Part shown: positions 46,701 to 58,468 of the stretch, in pieces | How positions within the stretch are numbered: position 1 is the stretch's first letter | Layout of the letters: every line of letters begins with the position of its first letter | Notes under the pieces: model-generated | What the model was told of the DNA's origin: nothing | What the model saw: the letters and a program-made list of their open reading frames with translations, nothing else | Databases searched by the model: none | Assembly: GCA_950097015.1 (NCBI GenBank) | Contig: CATNEN010000024.1 | Coordinates: 868,001 to 932,000, forward strand | DNA length: 64,000 nucleotides | Reading direction: 5' to 3' | Source of the DNA: Macrostomum hystrix | Taxonomy: Eukaryota > Animalia > Platyhelminthes | Position numbers and translations under genes: made by a program

Positions 46701-48046
46701 CACAGGCTGCAGCCAATCAGCATTGAGGAGGCGATGGCTCAAGCTTTAAGCTTCCTGCCAAGCCGGTTGAAATCGCAAACCGGTGGTAGCGTCGGCGGAG
46801 ACACCGGCTCAGTCCGCAGCCTAGAGCTAACTAAGCCAGCTGATGCAGCCTCGGACACAGCCTCCACCGGCGCTCCATCTACAGCTGCCGGTGCCTCGGC
46901 CGTTGAAATCAACTCAGCGCCGATTTCGGCTGACGCAAAGGATGAGAACAATGGCGGGCGCGATCGTTACGAAGTGTTAAAACAGTTGGAACGACCAGAC
47001 GAGGCTGGACCCCAGATGCTCATTAAATGCTTGGATGCCACATTGGCGAGGATTCAAGAGGCCAGCAGTCTGTTTGCCGAATCTGAGGATTGTCAGGAGG
47101 TGTGTTAGCATTTACATTAAAATTTGGCTTTTTGCAGTAGGGGTCCTGAGTTCGAATCTGCAGAGTGTTGACTATGGACTTTTAGTGCATTCTGCACCAA
47201 ACCCAACAAAATGGCACTGTGTACACGCAGCCAGGCAATGAGACAGGCACAGGCACTATCGCAATGGCGAAACTGGTCACATGACACGGTCAAAATCACA
47301 GGCACACCAAACGGTCATTAGACAGGGTTGCAATCGAAGTTCACTGCAACCGGTCATAAGGCAGGGTTACTAACGAAGGTCACTGCAAACGGTCATAAGA
47401 CAGTTATAATCGAGGGTCACAACAAACTGTCATAAGACAGGGTCATAATAGAGGACCACAAGATGCGCTCTCATGACTCGTCGCAATCGAGGGTCACTTG
47501 CACCTGTCACAGGAAGTAATCACAAAATTACTTCCGGTCCACCTTCACAAAAAACTCCTCAGTAACCATCAGCATTTTATAACGGTTGAAAGTTCAAATG
47601 GGTGATTAAAAATTCACCCCCAGGTGCTTGACAGCGGCCCCGGCTCCGACTATGTCCAATGCCTATCCGAAGTGCGCCGGCTGGCCGGTCGCCTTCTGGC
47701 CGCCGCCGATCTGCACCGCCTCCTGCCAGAGGACCAGCTGGCCTCGCGGAAGCAGAGCCTGCGCCTGGCCTGGGCTAACTTTGTCGGCTTCTTCACCACG
47801 CCATCCGGCCTGCTGCCGTCCGAGTCCGAACTGGCCGACTCCGTCCGGCTTCGCGCCAACTGCGAAGATGCCGACGTTAACGATGGAGGCGTAGGCTGTC
47901 TCTGCCGTTGCTGCATCTGTCTGAACTATGTTGACACCAGCGATGCCATATTGTACGCCGGCAGGCGCTACCACTGCCCGTGTGCCAATTTCTGGATTAA
48001 CGAGATCGACTCAGTTCTGCCGGATCTAACTAGCGACTGCCTGTAG
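43780..48046 (+). CDS. SYNRG: Synergin gamma (AP-1 accessory protein with EH domain), ~1070 aa, 3 exons
   Basis: Exons 43780 (or ATG 43819)-46181, 46706-47099, 47624-48046. EH domain (LDTNRIYDIFLRSGLPRPILGQVWDRVNRTVRGCLTEPELCQALALIALCQ), acidic-Phe gamma-ear motifs (DDGFGDF, DSFNDF, DEFDSF, TEFADF) and C-terminal YAGRRYHCPCANFWIN match recalled human synergin. Contains a 7-aa PPQAQHM coding repeat at ~44580-44875. Confidence 0.88.
46200..46570. repeat. 33-bp intronic minisatellite (TCCTCCCAGATTGTCAGGCAGACTAGGCCGTCA)
   Basis: Starts ~20 nt after the synergin donor; open in the exon-1 reading frame. Confidence 0.94.
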
Positions 48047-49983
48047 TCTCGGAAAATGACACTTATTTAGCGACCTCACTAAAGTACATATAAATCTGTA
48101 CTGATCTAAGAGTAGATCGATATAATGCGTATCTTATCGATGTCTATTTAGGCGCAGGCAATGTTTTTTATCTAATGATTATATTTATTTACCATACATA
48201 CTACTTGATGCTGCTTCAGACAGTAGGTTATATGCGCATAGAAAATTTTCGTTGATTTTAGAAATATTAAATTTAATAATTTACCGATTTACTACTTTCC
48301 TATGCAACAAAACCACTCCGTCTCATGTGTGCATGCGATTCAACTGCAATCTCTAATCAAGAACGGTATTGCTTGGGTGTTGATTTATATTATCAATGTT
48401 GTGCTTAATTATGTCTCTATCGATGTTTAAGAGCCTGTATTGGGCTAAATTAACAGCAAAATCTGTAGTTTAATGCTTCTTCAAAGTCAAACCCAAATTT
48501 GTGCTTTGTCAATTTAATCGATAGAAGTCAAAAGTGCAAATAGTTACGAAAAAACAGTTAGTACTGTCGTGTTGCGTTTTTGTAAATTGTGTTATTTAGT
48601 CTTCCCGTGCTGTTTTCATTGGATGAATCACAATTGACACTAATTTTTTTACTGTTGTGTACATTGTTATTGATTGACCATCCCGATCAACGGAATCAAT
48701 GTTTGTGAATTAGTTTTTTAAGTTCTGATTGATTCCTCTTTTGATTGACCTCTTGATTAGAGTCATTTTGATGACTCTCAGCTGCTTAATAATACTTATA
48801 ATAATTGCAGGAGGGCAATGGCACGTCATTTGGTGACAGTAGACCATTGGCTGTCCGGTGACAGCCATTTCGTACAATAACAGCATACTTGTGAATTTTA
48901 CTAGTAGGAATATGGCCGGGTGAATTAAAAAATGACTCAAACTACATAATAGGCCAAGAATCACGCAAACTTCGCATGCTGTGCTATTTTTAGAACCCAA
49001 GGTCAACTAACACGCAATGTTTGCGTGAAAATCGAAACTCTTATCTGGGTCGTTGTCCTGTGCAACAGAATGGCTTGTTTATATGTGTTCTAGCTTCAAA
49101 GGGTAATAAAAAATTAGAGTAGATTTTCTTTATAAGAAAATCATAAAGTAAACCGACATTTAGCAAGATTTGGATTTTATATTAATGTTGTTTTCTATTC
49201 TAATATTTCCCAAGATGAATGTTTTATTTTGATTCTCCTAGCAACCTTCTTATTGCAGTGAGTAGGGCTGCATTACTTTATGATTCCAATTATTTACATT
49301 TTTCAAACATCACCTCAGACAAATTTTCTGACGAGTTAGAGTGATGCTTTTTCCAATGCTCGTAACTTTTCAAATATTTTTAATAGCGCTTATTCGTTGT
49401 TTATGAATTTATTCCGTGCAACAATAATCAAGTCTAAGCCTATCTAAACTGGTGTTCATTTAATTCAAGCGCAATTTTATTGTCTCTTCCGCAAACATCC
49501 TGCTTGTTTCTTGTTTGATTTAAGAACCTAACTATGATATTCATGATATATTTAACAAGCCATCACATTCCACTGCTAAATACATAGAATTTTGTGCCGT
49601 TGTTACAGTTATGTTATCTCATATGTTGTTGCAAAAAAACTTACATTCTGTTTTGATTCTAATCAATCGTATTTAGCGAAACATGAAAAATCAAACATAT
49701 TTTTATGTACGAACTGAATATTTGCTATGCAAAATACTTAAAAAAATAATATTACAGCAAGCATTGGGCATTGTGTACAGGTCTTAAAACAGTAAAAAGA
49801 ATTGTAGCGTCAAAGTAAAAAAGAAATAAGAAAACATGGTCACTCGGTACTACTGTATGTAAGTAGTAAGTAGCGTCAAACTTAGAGATTTTCTGTTACT
49901 CTAAGTCTACTACTAACTAAATGTCAATCTAAGTAGTGTGTTCGGGTGTGTTAAGCCTATTTAATTGAAGCCACTCAGGTCGA

Positions 49984-52900
49984 TCAGTTCCATGTTCTGC
50001 CAGCATTTGCCGTCTTCGACGAACCTGCCAACAGTCGACGCTGATATCTGCGGCGTCGCCGACTGCGTGGACAGGCGCCCTTGGAGGCCACTCGAATGTC
50101 CAGACGATTGTTGCAGGCGTATGAGCGGAGGTCGCACTCCAGAGTGTAAGTCAGGCCGTCGGTGCCGCAGACTGGCTTGTTGACGTACAAGCAGCTGTTG
50201 GGGCACTGACAGACAGGCTCGCCGCGTATGTTGATGCTGCACTCTCCGTAGTAGGGGCAGGTCACGCTGCAAAATTTAGTGGCCCTTAAAAAACCAAATC
50301 GGCTCCGACTGGGTGGGGGTCAATCTCTATAGGCTCCGACTGGGAGGGGGTCAATCTCTATAGGCTCCGACTGGGAGGGGGTCAATCTCTATAGGCTCCG
50401 ACTGGGAGGGGGTCAATCTCTATAGGCTCCGACTGGGAGGGGGTCAATCTCTATAGGCTCCGACTGGGAGGGGGTCAATCTCTATAGGCTCCGACTGGGA
50501 GGGGGTCAATCTCTATAGGCTCCGACTGGGAGGGGGGTCAATCTCTATAGGCTCCGTCTGGGAGGGGGTCAATCTCTATAGGCTCCGACTGGGAGGGGGG
50601 GTCAATCTCTATAGGCTCCGTCTGGGAGGGGGTCAATCTCTATAGGCTCCGACTGGGAGGGGGTCAATCTCTATAGGCTCCGACTGGGAGGGAGTCAATC
50701 TCTATAGGCTCCGACTAGGAGGGGGGTCAATCTCTATAGGCTCCGACTGGGAGGGGTCAATCTCTATAGGCTCCGACTGGGAGGGGGTCAATCTCTATAG
50801 GCTCCATCTGGGAGGAGCCTATAAGATACTTTTATAGGATCAATATTGGGGACGTCAATTTCTATTGGATCAATGTTAGGGGGTTAATTTCTATAGGATC
50901 AATGTTGGGGGGTCAATTTCGATAGGATCAATGTTGGGGGGGCTTCAATTTCGATAGGATCAATGTTGGGGGTCAATTTCTATAGAATTAATGTTGGGGG
51001 TCAATCAATCTAGGATCAGTCTTGAAGTGGTCAATCTTTCTAGGGCCATTATGTGAGGCTGAATCTCACCCCTGGCAGGGGTTGCAGCTGCCTGGGCCGG
51101 CCACTGTCAAGCTGCTGTTTCGCGTGTCAAACGCCTTCTGCAGCAGGTGACAGTTGGACTTGTAGGTGAGGCTGTCGCTGCCACAGACGCGCCTTGACTC
51201 GGCCTCCTCGGCGGCCGCGGCCGTGCCAGGCAGCCACGTGGGCTCCACGCAGTCAGGCCTCTCGCAGCTGGCTGCCACCGTCCAGGTGACGCCGCTGGCG
51301 GCGTCTTCGCCGCCGGACTCGACGATACCGACGCGGCAGATGGCGCCGTGAGGGCACGGGCCGCCAGGCCGCTGTCGGAAGCACCACAACGGCTGGTCGC
51401 ACTCGCCTCGGTAGGCTGGCCGTACTCCGCGCCGACCCTCCTGGCAGGCGCGCCTTCGCAGGTGGCACTCGGAGTCGTAGGTGACATTGTCTGTGCCGCA
51501 CACCGGCCTGAACACAGCCGGACACTCGGCCGGACAGTTGCAGGCGGACTGTCCGGTGCCAGGGTCCACCCGGCATTCCATGTACTCGTGCGGGCACCAC
51601 GCCTGACAGTGCACACCGAACGGGCAGCGGCCGTCGCTCAGCTTGCTGATGTTCAACCCAGTGAAGCAGCTCTCGTAATCCAGGGTGCATTGGTCCGGGT
51701 AGGTGCGACCGTCTGTGCCGCACACCGGTTGGGAGAACGGGCCTGCGGAGTGGGGAGGGCGGATATGGCGTGAGGCTTTTGGGCGACCTGAAACACCCAA
51801 TGAGGCTTCAGGCCTAAAATGAAACACCCAATGAGGCTTCAGGCCTAAAATGAAACACCCTATGAAGCTTCAGGCCTAAAATTAAATACCCTCTGAGGCT
51901 TCAGGCCTAAAATTAAATACCCAATGAAGCTTCAGGCCTAAAATTAAATACCCTCTGAGGCTTCAGGCCTAAAATTAAATACCCTATGAAGCTTCAAGCC
52001 TAAAATTAAATACCTATGAAGCTTCAGGCCTAAAATTAAATACCCTCTGAGGCTTCAGGCCTAAAATTAAATACCCAATGAAGCTTCAGGCCTAAAATTA
52101 AATACCCTCTGAGGCTTCAGGCCTAAAATTAAATACCCTATGAAGCTTCAGGCCTAAAATTAAATACCCTCTGAGGCTTCAGGCCTAAAATCAAATACCC
52201 TATGAAGCTTCAAGCCTAAAATTAAATACCTATGAAGCTTCAGGCCTAAAATTAAATTCCCTATGAAGCTTCAGGCCTAAAATGAAACACCCTATGAAGC
52301 TTCAGGTCTAAAATGAAACAACCCGATTAGGTTTCGGGTCTAGAACTAAATACCCGATGAGGTCTAAGGCCTAAATTGACACTTTTAGAGCTCCTATTAT
52401 TGAGTTTTCTAATCATACTTGTACTTGGTTTTGTATCCCTTAAAAGTAGAACAGTAGAACAGGGGGGGGGGAATTCCCCCCCTGACATTTTTTTCGCTGC
52501 ATCCGAACGGAACAATGCAAGCACACGAAACTCAAGAACACGGGCCAATTTTTTGTGGCGCATCTTCTGAAACAAGAAACAAGTCACCAGCTCTTCAGAC
52601 CGTCGAGATATTCAATGTTTCTGGTCGAAGGTCCGACTTTTCCCATAAGAGCTAGTGTATATCATACACCCCTATACACGAATTTGCACTGCGCCTCAGT
52701 GCGGCCTTTCCAGACCTTCAAACTTTATCAGCATGTCACCCGATTGTGCTTGTATCATCTCCGACTTCGGCGGTCACCGACCTTTATCTAGACGGAGCTG
52801 CTGGACCTTCAACAAGTGGCACCAGCCGACTATGGAGTCCCTAAAGCGAATTCCTCTGCTTTCGCTGATCAAGCCTCGACATTGGGCAACACTCAACTAC

Positions 52901-55560
52901 TTTACATGCTCCTCTAGTCCGTCAACCAATCAGTCACCACCCCGACGCCGTCAGCACCGTCAGCAGGGTGCCTCAAGCTGGCAATGGAGTCCCTAAAGCG
53001 AATTTTTCTACTTTCTCTAATAAAGCCTCAATATTGGTCTAAACTCAACTATTACTTGTTTAAGGTCCAGCTGCTCCGTCTAGATAAAGGTAGGTGACCA
53101 CCGAAGACGGAGATGGTGCAGGCACAATCGGGTGACATGCTGATAAAGTTTGAAGGTCTGGAAAGGCCGCACTGAGGCGCAGTGCTAATTCGTGTATAGG
53201 GGTGTATGAAATACACTAGCTCTTATGGGAAAAATCGGACCTTCGACCAGAAACATTGAATATCTCGACGGTCTGAAGAGCTGGCGACTTGTTTCTTGTT
53301 TCAGAAGATGCGCAACAAAAATTTGGCCCGTGTTCTTGAGTTTCGTGTGCTTGCATTGTTCCGTTCGGGTGCAGCAAAAAAATTGTCTGGGGGGGGGATA
53401 AAAACGGGCGGCTAAATGGCTTGGTAGTCCTACTGTTAATTCAGCAATTTAGTATTACTACTGTAGAGATGATATATATTTTTTCATTTGCTAAAAGACT
53501 ATGACTTGGATTAGAATTGAAATTAGTATTTCCAAAATCTGATCTGCATGTTCGAGCTATTTAGCATTTTTCAATAACTGCTGCCCTGTTGTATGGGTTT
53601 TATACGGTCCAAGTGGCATCGACTCAGGGGACCTGCCCTGATCTGGCTGAGCAGACCGGTCTAATCCCGCATTTTAATACGGGACGAAATGGGGCGATGC
53701 CATTTCCTGAAATTCGCAGCTAGTAAGAAAAAGTCTCATCACCATATGCTAAGGGAGAATGAAATTTTTAAACAAAAAAATGTTTCATTTTTAGAAAATT
53801 TTAGAAAACAATTTAGATTTCAATGATGCTAAATTTATTGAGCGGGCGTCGGACTCACGACTTGAAGGTCGGGGGTTCGATTCCCTTTTAGCAATTTGTG
53901 TCCTTTTCGCAAGCTGATTACATGGGTACCAGCATCAGCTGGGGTAATTGAAGGTGGGTGTGGCGTCCCCCCAGTCCATGGACTGAACAGTCGTTTGCAG
54001 CCTTCAGATGCGCCGCGCAATAGCTGCGGCTGTGCTGTCGGCTGAACATCTGCAGGTACTAAGGCATCATTTGTATGTAAATTGCATATTGTTTGGCATA
54101 TTGTTTATCGAGAGAGCCAAAAACGATGCCAGAAGAGAATAGTTTTTGAGATTATATCAATTAATTTTAGTCTACACTGAGCATCAGCCAGCTATCGAAT
54201 CTAATTCACCTGTCGCCCGCAGCCGACCTGAGTTTATGATTTCGCTGAGCCAATTTAGCCGCGTGGGAAATGACCCATCCAATATTTATTAAGTACAGGC
54301 AAGGGCTTTGCTGCGTTCCGCGTGCTTCGGTTATAATCATTTCGCTACCTGCCTCACTATTAATTAGCCCAACTGCTTGTGATAGGTTTAGAGCCATAGC
54401 TATCACAGCCAAATGCAGACATGCCGGCTTGCAAATTTACACTTTAATCTATGCGCCTTAGAAACTTTATCGAAACACTAGCAATGCGCTGACAGACTGA
54501 AGCAGTCCTGACTGACAGACAGACAGACTGAAGCAGGCCTGACTGACAGACAGACAGACTGAAGCAGGCCTGACTGACAGACAGACAGACTGAAGCAGGC
54601 CTGACTGACAGACAGACTGAAGCAGGCCTGACTGACAGACAGACAGACTGAAGCAGGCCTGACTGACAGACAGACAGACTGAAGCAGGCCTGACTGACAG
54701 ACAGACAGACTGAAACAGGCCTGACTGAATGACAGACGGAAACAGGCCTGACTGAATGACTGAAGCAGGCCTGACTGACAGACTGAAGCAGGCCTGACTG
54801 ACAGACAGACTGAAGCAGGCCTGACTGACAGACAGACTGAAGCAGGCCTGACTGACAGACAGACAGACTGAAACAGGCCTGACTGAATGACAGACGGAAA
54901 CAGGCCTGACTGAATGACTGAAGCAGGCCTGACTGACAGACAGACAGACTGAAACAGGCCTGACTGAATGACAGACGGAAACAGGCCTGACTGGCTGACT
55001 GAAGCAGGCCTGACTGACAGACTGAAGCAGGCCTGAATGACAGACTGAAACAGGCCTGACTGACGGACTGAAACAGGCCTGACTGGCAGCTCACCGGATC
55101 CGCATGGCTGGCACTCGCAACGGGGCACCCGGTTGGCGTCGAGGCCGCAGCGTTGACCTCTCGGGCAGCGCACACCGGCGCACGGATCGCAGGGGCCCCT
55201 GAACAGCGCTTCGACCTGGTACACAGCGTGGCAGGAAGCCCGCATGAGGTGGCAGAGGCTGGGATAGGTTCGACCGTCGCTGCCGCACACTTCGCCGCTG
55301 TCCTCGGAGTCGCCGACATTCCAGCAGGTGCTAGGACAGACGCACCTGTACAGATTGTCCATATTGACAGCCGGCACGCACAGGGCATTGTTGGGGCAGG
55401 TGGCATTGTCGCACGGGTTGCGCCAGTTGCGATAGCGGAAGCAGCAGGGCTTGGCGCAGGCCAGAGCAGCCGCGGCCACCGCCCAGACAAGCGAGCAGTG
55501 GATGAGTAGGCTCTTCAAAACAGACGGTCCTCCGCCGCGGCTGCTACTCAGGCTAGTCAT
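49984..55560 (-). CDS. Secreted follistatin/Kazal-repeat protein (5 FS modules, agrin N-terminal-like), ~473 aa, 3 exons
   Basis: Exons 55560-55095, 51742-51070, 50266-49984; intron phases 1 and 2 consistent. Signal peptide ...LLIHCSLVWAVAAAALA. Kazal cores VCGSDGRTYPSLC, VCGTDGRTYPDQC, VCGTDNVTYDSEC, VCGSDSLTYKSNC, VCGTDGLTYTLEC. Stop TGA after a polybasic tail. Confidence 0.85.
50300..50815. repeat. 31-bp intronic minisatellite (GGCTCCGACTGGGAGGGGGTCAATCTCTATA), with degenerate extension to ~51040
   Basis: Direct tandem copies; length of the G run varies. Confidence 0.95.
51790..52330. repeat. 31-bp intronic minisatellite (GCTTCAGGCCTAAAATTAAATACCCTATGAA)
   Basis: ~17 copies next to the exon acceptor at 51743. 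Confidence 0.95.
52476..53397. mobile_element. 922-bp foldback/MITE-like non-autonomous element with ~340-bp inverted arms
   Basis: 52476-52817 is the near-exact reverse complement of 53054-53397 (scattered mismatches). The 236-bp spacer holds a ~70-bp direct repeat (ATGGAGTCCCTAAAGCGAATT...) at ~52832 and ~52984. Ends are C-run/G-run; no transposase ORF. Confidence 0.85.
53835..54058 (+). mobile_element. SINE family B copy
   Basis: GGGTTCGATTCCC B box; GGTGGGTGTGGCGTCCCCCCAGTCCATGGACTGAACAG...GCAATAGCTGCGGCTGTGCTGTCGGCTG identical to stretches of 30710-30985. Confidence 0.82.
54490..55085. repeat. Compound intronic repeat GACTGAAGCAGGCCTGACT + (GACA)n
   Basis: Starts immediately after the exon-1 donor (55094); unit length varies with the number of GACA copies. 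Confidence 0.95.
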
Positions 55561-56984
55561 GCTTATAGCAAATATATGAACAATCACGCAAGCTATTGTT
55601 CTATTATAGAACTTCTCTAAGAGACACTTAACCCGAGAAGCTAAATATTAGCCGCTAGGACTCTAGTCAACGCGTCCACTTTAATACGGCTGGGCATACT
55701 CCGCAATGGAGGAATGACGGAGGAGCATTGGGTCCTCAGGGGAGGGGAGTGAAGAGTGGATGGGAGATGCATCAGGGGCTTTTTAGCTGTCTGTCTTCCC
55801 AACGCCCACGGATTCCGTCATGATCAGACTGGCCCACTCTCATCTAATATCTGTGACCATGATTGGGCATGACTGCCAGCTCATCTCTAGCTACTACTAT
55901 ATACCGATCCCGACTGTCCCCTCTCCCCTCCGGCACAAGCCGTCGTCATCACACCTACCTACTGCAGCGGGCCTGCCAGCTAAAACATGAACGATGTTAA
56001 GCAAAACTCTGGCGCGCATCTCTTGAATATTATAGGCGCAGTTCCATAGGCCACCCTGACTCCCAGTGCGCGGCTGCTGTCAAAACTTGATCGCGTTCCG
56101 CTCTCCCCCCGGGCTCCAGGCAGAGATGAGCTCAGACAGACACACGTGAGCACAATTGCACAGGGCAACCAGGCAGGAATGATGCATGAGCTCCAGGTAT
56201 GGCCATATGGACTTCGGACCCACACACACGCGCGCACACACAGATCAATTTGGCTGAAAGCTGCAGTCGGGGCAAGTTAGTTACGGGCCAATCTGGCTAA
56301 TTCCCTATATCTGCAGGCAATGGCATACAGATATATAAGAATGCATCTGCACATGGGTTACATTGGCAGGCAGAGTTGACCTACATGTATAGGAGACTCG
56401 CATGCCGTTGATGCCCTGTGTGTGTGTGTGTGTGCTCAGTCACTTCAATCCTGATGGAGCGCATCTCCCCGGGGGGTTCTACATGCCACTCAACTCAATA
56501 CTCTGGTTGCTCCTCCACCCACTGAGCGGACTGAGCAAACTGATCAGTGTTTGAGCTAGTAACCAATTCACCTTTCCCTTAGAACGGGTTCAGTGGTCAG
56601 GCCGACTCTCACGGACCACTCGTGCATCTAGGCCAGTGCTCAATCGGGGAAACTCTGATCCCAATTGAATTTTCCCTAGGGAGCTGGATAGGTTCAGCCA
56701 ATACAGTCTGAATATTTCCCTTTGCACTGATTAATAGGTTGAGTGTGTTTGCGAACACTAACTAAGCAGCCTTAACAGCATGAGCAAGTTCTGCTATGCT
56801 AAAGCAGCCAGAAAATTTATCCTCTAAATAATTGCATTGCGAGACCGAGACGGAGGCACTCTTGCTTCATAATTAACCAACTCAGAGGAAGGGGCTACAA
56901 GATAAGACAGACACATCAGTATATTATCACGGGGGGCGGGTAACAAGGCAGGAGACAAGGGCAAGGTTGGAAGAGGAAAATATA

Positions 56985-57955
56985 TTTTGAGACAGACAGG
57001 AAAGGGAGAGAAAGTTACGTGAGAGAGACAGGAGAGGGGGGAGAAAGAAACGGGAGACAGACAGGAAAGGGGGAGAAAGATATGGGAGACAGACAGGAGA
57101 GGGGGAGAAAGATACGGGAGACAGACAGGAGAGGGGGAGAAAGTTATGCGAGACAGACAGGAGAGGGGGAGAAAGTTATGGGAGACAGACAGAAAAGGGG
57201 GAGCAAGTTATGGGAGACAGACAGGAGAGGGGGAGAAAGTTATGGGAGACAGACAGACAGGAGAGGGGGAGAAAGATACGTAAGACAAACAGTAGATGGG
57301 AGAAAGATACGTAAGACAAACAGGAGATGGAAGAAATACGTAAGACAAACAGGAGATGGGAGAAAGATACGGGAGACAGACAGGAGAGGGGGAGAAAGTT
57401 ATGGGAGACAGACAGGAAAGGGGGAGAAAGTTATGGGAGACAGACAGGAGATGGGGAGAAAGATACGAGAGACAGACAGGAGATGGGAGAAAGATACGTG
57501 AGACAGATATGAGATGGTAGAAAGATACGGGAGACAGACACGGGAAGTGGAGAAAGTTACGGGAGACAGACAGGAAAGGGGGAGAAAGTTATGGGAGACA
57601 GACAGGAGATGGGGAGAAAGATACGAGAGACAGACAGGAGATGGGAGAAAGATACTGGAGACAGACAGGAGAGGGGGAGAAAGATACGGGAGACAGACAG
57701 GAAAGGGGGAGAAAGTTATGGGAGACAGACAGGAGATGGGAGAAAGATACGAGAGACAGACAGGAGATGGGAGAAAGATACGTAAGACAAACAGGAGATG
57801 GGAGAAAGATAGGTAAGACAGACAGGAGATGGGAGAAAGATACGTAAGACAAACAGGAGATGGGAGAAAGATACGTAAGACAAACAGGAGATGGGAGAAA
57901 GATACGTAAGACAAACAGGAGACGGGGAGAAAGATACGGGAGACAGATAGGAGAG
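56985..57955. repeat. ~32-bp purine-rich minisatellite (GGGAGACAGACAGGAGAGGGGGAGAAAGTTAT and variants)
   Basis: Degenerate tandem array; source of several spurious ORFs. Confidence 0.93.
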
Positions 57956-58468
57956 ATAAGTGACAATGCAATGACAGTAAGGCTTAAAATGCATAAAAAG
58001 AAGCTGTTATCACTCAGTTAAAGAAACCAACATTAAAATATGTTTAATATGGCACACACGCAATATACCTGCCTGCCTAAAATGGTTGCACATAAAAGCT
58101 TCATTATATTTCTTGATACAATAAAACAATACAAATAACGGTTTACAAATAAACAGCATTGCTATAAATTGGAGACGGGAGAATGCGACATTGACCGGGC
58201 TAGGAATAGAATGGAAATTATTAATTCATAGATTAATTGATACAAGCTCAAACACACAAACACACAACACTGAAATGCGGCTATAAATTATTATTTTAGA
58301 GACTGTGCAGAATCAACTAGTAAAATTGATACTACTAACTAAAGTAATATGCACAATTTTAAGCGACAACAGACAACACAAGATGCGAAAACAACAGGCT
58401 TTTGGTTGCGAGTTAAGTAGCAGAAATATATAATGTTAGTTAAACTAGCATTGAGAACAGGTGCAGTT

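Noticed and set aside
54444-55090. C-terminal CQSGLLQS extension of the 369-aa ORF
   Set aside because: A strong donor (TCCG|gtgagc at 55094) precedes it and the extension is the intronic GACA compound repeat.
49984-55560. Full-length agrin call
   Set aside because: Only follistatin/Kazal modules are present; no NtA, laminin-EGF, SEA or LamG exons were found before the convergent neighbour, so no gene symbol was given.
57019-57994. Cluster of charged or hydrophobic ORFs on both strands
   Set aside because: All derive from one purine-rich minisatellite.
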